Below, piece after piece: positions 61,676 to 64,000 of a stretch of DNA of 64,000 bases. Numbering within the stretch: the stretch's first letter is position 1; each line of letters begins with the position of its first letter. The notes beneath the pieces are model-generated. The model made no database searches and was not told where the DNA came from. It worked only from the letters and a program-made list of their open reading frames with translations. The position numbers and the translations under genes are program-made. Source of the DNA: Eledone cirrhosa (Eukaryota); NCBI GenBank assembly GCA_964016885.1, contig OZ024740.1:295988001-296052000 (forward strand). Reading direction: 5' to 3'.

Positions 61676-61770
61676 ATGCAAATAATTCAAAATATAGACT
61701 ACTGGTATACCAGTTCCATTAAAACATCTCTCTTCAATCATCACTAAAAAAAAAGTTTTGATATTTTCAG

Positions 61771-62097
61771 GACAAGAAACAAAGGTCATCTACTGTGACA
61801 GAGGTGACAGTATATTAACAATACACACCTTATATATCTCTTGTACTTTGATTATATTTTCCTTATTCATATTTGAAACATTAAACTGGAAGTATTGAGT
61901 GCAATATCCTGATGTCGGGTTGGAATTGAAATGGACCTCCGTTGGTTTTGGCGATGAGTGTTCCAGTTTTTCGATATACCAGAATAGTCTGCTTATAATA
62001 TTAATATGTAAGTTGCAAAGCATCCCACAAACAAGAATAGGTTCAACGTAATTCTCAGGAAGATTCAGTGATATATATATTTATATATAAATTTCAA
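61771..62097 (+). other. Candidate spliced exon, probably non-coding/UTR or pseudogenic
   Basis: The upstream acceptor is ttttgatattttcag (AG at 61769-61770), with a branch-like cactaa at ~61742. A downstream donor caa|GTAAGT lies at 62098-62103, with an alternative GTAAGT at 62008-62013. All three frames contain stops. Motif-only support. Confidence 0.3.
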
Positions 62098-62269
62098 GTA
62101 AGTACCAATTATAAAGTTAATATGATGTGCTCCTGTAACCCCGGCTTAGTGGCATACAGCGTTTCTAGGGTATTTTAAACCTGACGGAGCCCATCTCTCT
62201 CCAGGTCTCAATACATTGGATTTCTTCCAGAGAAGGATAGAGAATGATTGAAAAAGAGATATAGAGAAG

Positions 62270-62430
62270 GGATCAATGCCAGTACTGGACTGGTACTTCT
62301 TTTATTGACCTCAAAATGATGAAAGGTAAAGTTGAGCTCGACTGGATTTGAACTCGGGGAGTAGAGAGCCGAAACAAATACCACAAATCATTCTATCCGA
62401 CAATCTAACGACTTTGCCAATTGACCTCCT
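62270..62430 (-). mobile_element. tRNA-derived SINE, diverged and 3'-truncated; resembles Octopus SINEs with a Meta/MESC-like central domain
   Basis: The minus strand reads aggaggtcaatTGGCAAAGTCGTTagattg...cccGAGTTCAAATCCagtcgagctcaactttacctttcatcattttgaggtcaataaaagaagtaccagt. It has a Pol III A-box-like motif (62407-62419) and a B box (62344-62355), followed by a motif like GCCTTTCATCCTTTCGGGGTCGATAAAATAAGTACCAGT. The family match is recalled from memory, not from a database search. Confidence 0.8.
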
Positions 62431-62559
62431 AATTATATAGTTACAACGCTTTAATAGATCCACTATATTTACTTCTAAAATATCCAGTAAATAACAGTAC
62501 GTACGGTTTTGAGATGATGCTTCTTTGAACCCTGGTCAATGATATAAAATATTACTTAC

Positions 62560-62700
62560 TCGTAGAGGGGGTTTGGACTGGTGAATTAGATAGTAGTGTA
62601 AATAGGTAGGGGAGAAAGAGGGAGGAAATAAAGAAGATAAGGAGCAGTAGATGAGGGAAGGAAAAACCTGTGTGTAGAGAGATGTAGAATGAGGTTTATA
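62560..62700. other. Purine-rich (G/A) low-complexity tract on the + strand
   Basis: For example ggtaggggagaaagagggaggaaataaagaagataaggag. It explains the S/P/L/F-rich spurious minus-strand ORF. Confidence 0.5.
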
Positions 62701-62821
62701 CAATTGATAGTAGGGGTCGCTGTGTAGACATGCACACATTTAGAGTTATAAATATAGAAAGAACTCCTTGCATAAGATCACTTGGTAGAAGTCAGAAGTG
62801 ATGCTTTAGAAAGTATTTTAG

Positions 62822-63216
62822 AAAATAAACTTTCGAGGGAGATAGATTACCACCATTTGATAAGCGGGAATGGCTAGAATATGAGCGGGGTGTGGAAAAA
62901 AATCTAAAATATTAATAAGCGGGGGAAGGGGCCATTATTTGAGACCAGAGAGTTCATTCCATGAGCATGGAGCCTGGTCTATTTTTTATTGGAGCAACTT
63001 TTATATTAATAGAATTATAAATTGCTTTTGCTCTAAACAAATAGTCAAGTAGCAGTCGAAAACATTTTCAAAGTCTGCTGACAATGTTGATAAAATAATA
63101 CATACTAATGTTAAAATATATATATATACCCTAATTACTATATTTAATAAGAAAATATGGTCAAAATTTTAATCAGTCAGAAATGCAATGTCTACATATT
63201 TCAGCACAAAACTTTG
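62822..63216 (-). repeat. Right arm of the 395-bp long inverted repeat
   Basis: aaaataaactttcgagggagatag...tcagcacaaaactttg is the reverse complement of 60770-61164. The spacer is 1,657 bp. No flanking target-site duplication (left ...aaggctctc, right aatttcacg...). Confidence 0.97.
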
Positions 63217-63773
63217 AATTTCACGTTATGAAAACAGATAGGTAAATAAAAGAGAAGTGTTTGCTAGGCCATAAGAGTTCCTAGATAAAGTGATAAATTT
63301 AATGATACAGAAACTTACTACATGGCAATAGAGGGAGGCAACTACCCAAGGGTACATAGAATTGCAAAATACTGGAAATAGGAGCTGTATGGGCGTTGGA
63401 AAATAATCCAAGATGAAAGAATATTAAAAGTAAAATATCTGAAAAATGAAAATATATTAAGAATATTATTTACAATAAGCCGTTAACTGATTTGAAGCAA
63501 ATGATTAATTGTTTTTGTATTTGTTTTTCAAAGATTAAGTTCAATTGGGATTTTATAGAAAACAATACATTTGTATTAATTAATATCGTACAGAAGGATA
63601 ACAAATTAGTTTAGGAAATCATATTTAAGACATATTGAGGGAAACTGTAAAATGATACTGTTCTACAAAATAACAGGCGTCAAATTGTTTATTGTTGTTG
63701 TTTAGGTCAAGCCTGATCGAACAGAAATCAATAAAAGGATTCCCTTTTTTGTTAAGTTTACATTATTTCAACT

Positions 63774-63774
<1 letters not shown>

Positions 63775-63819
<45 letters not shown>

Positions 63820-63846
63820 ACACACACATACACACGCACGCACATA

Positions 63847-63886
<40 letters not shown>
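63775..63886. repeat. Compound microsatellite: imperfect (CA)n followed by (TA)n
   Basis: The CA run spans 63775-63844 with TA/CG interruptions and is followed by a TA run at 63845-63886. Confidence 0.97.
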
Positions 63887-63887
<1 letters not shown>

Positions 63888-64000
63888 CAGCTGCTCGACA
63901 AGATCCCAGACCTGACTCGCCTAACATGTGGGTTGGAGCTCATCAAATTGGACCGAGGAAACAATGTTTCCATTGGTCTTTCCAATTGCTAATACTATTT

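Noticed and set aside
61790-62023. 77-aa minus-strand ORF (MLCNLHIN...)
   Set aside because: No recognisable motif, and the better splice signals in this region are on the opposite strand.
62340-62430. tRNA gene (A/B boxes on the minus strand)
   Set aside because: No convincing cloverleaf or acceptor stem, and it runs directly into a SINE core, so it is a SINE head.
62536-62739. 67-aa minus-strand ORF (MCACLHSD...)
   Set aside because: The S/P/L/Y bias is a by-product of the pyrimidine-rich minus strand, which is depleted of stops.
60770-63216. Autonomous TIR transposon bounded by the 395-bp inverted repeats
   Set aside because: No transposase ORF and no TSD, and the inner arm boundary cuts through an older MITE-like element. 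A non-autonomous foldback element is not fully excluded.
63226-63411. 61-aa minus-strand ORF (MDYFPTPI...)
   Set aside because: Short with no recognisable family; length is compatible with chance.
63758-63985. 75-aa minus-strand ORF with YIYI/CVCV runs
   Set aside because: It is a translation of the (TA)n/(TG)n microsatellite.
63888-63992. + strand frame QLLDKIPDLTRLTCGLELIKLDRGNNVSIGLSNC* as an exon or LINE fragment
   Set aside because: Only 34 codons, the putative acceptor lacks a polypyrimidine tract, and any similarity to LINE C-termini is too vague to support.

Overview
Eukaryotic, AT-rich, apparently non-coding window with no supportable protein-coding gene, rRNA, tRNA or CRISPR array. 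Positions 1 to ~60485 (~94%) are one uninterrupted head-to-tail satellite array with a 32-bp monomer (consensus GACAGTGAGTGTACCTAAGAATATATTATATA; ~1,890 copies by length/32; it runs off the left edge). Rare variant monomers show nested block duplications at offsets I measured by hand: 477, 1052, 2110, 2870, 5006, 6632/6695, 9673, 13445/13508 and 22630 bp. The last ~3.5 kb is the flank at the array boundary. It holds a 395-bp, ~98%-identical inverted repeat (60770-61164 / 62822-63216) with no target-site duplication, a degenerate MITE-like element, and a compound (CA)n(TA)n microsatellite. The loop of the inverted repeat contains a candidate exon with canonical splice sites and a tRNA-derived SINE that, from memory, resembles abundant Octopus SINEs; the host assignment is therefore an inference. 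The five supplied ORFs look spurious. I found no new protein-based system. The most interesting signals are structural: the layered satellite duplication history, ancestral-looking monomers at the array edge, and the inverted-repeat-flanked candidate exon next to the array.
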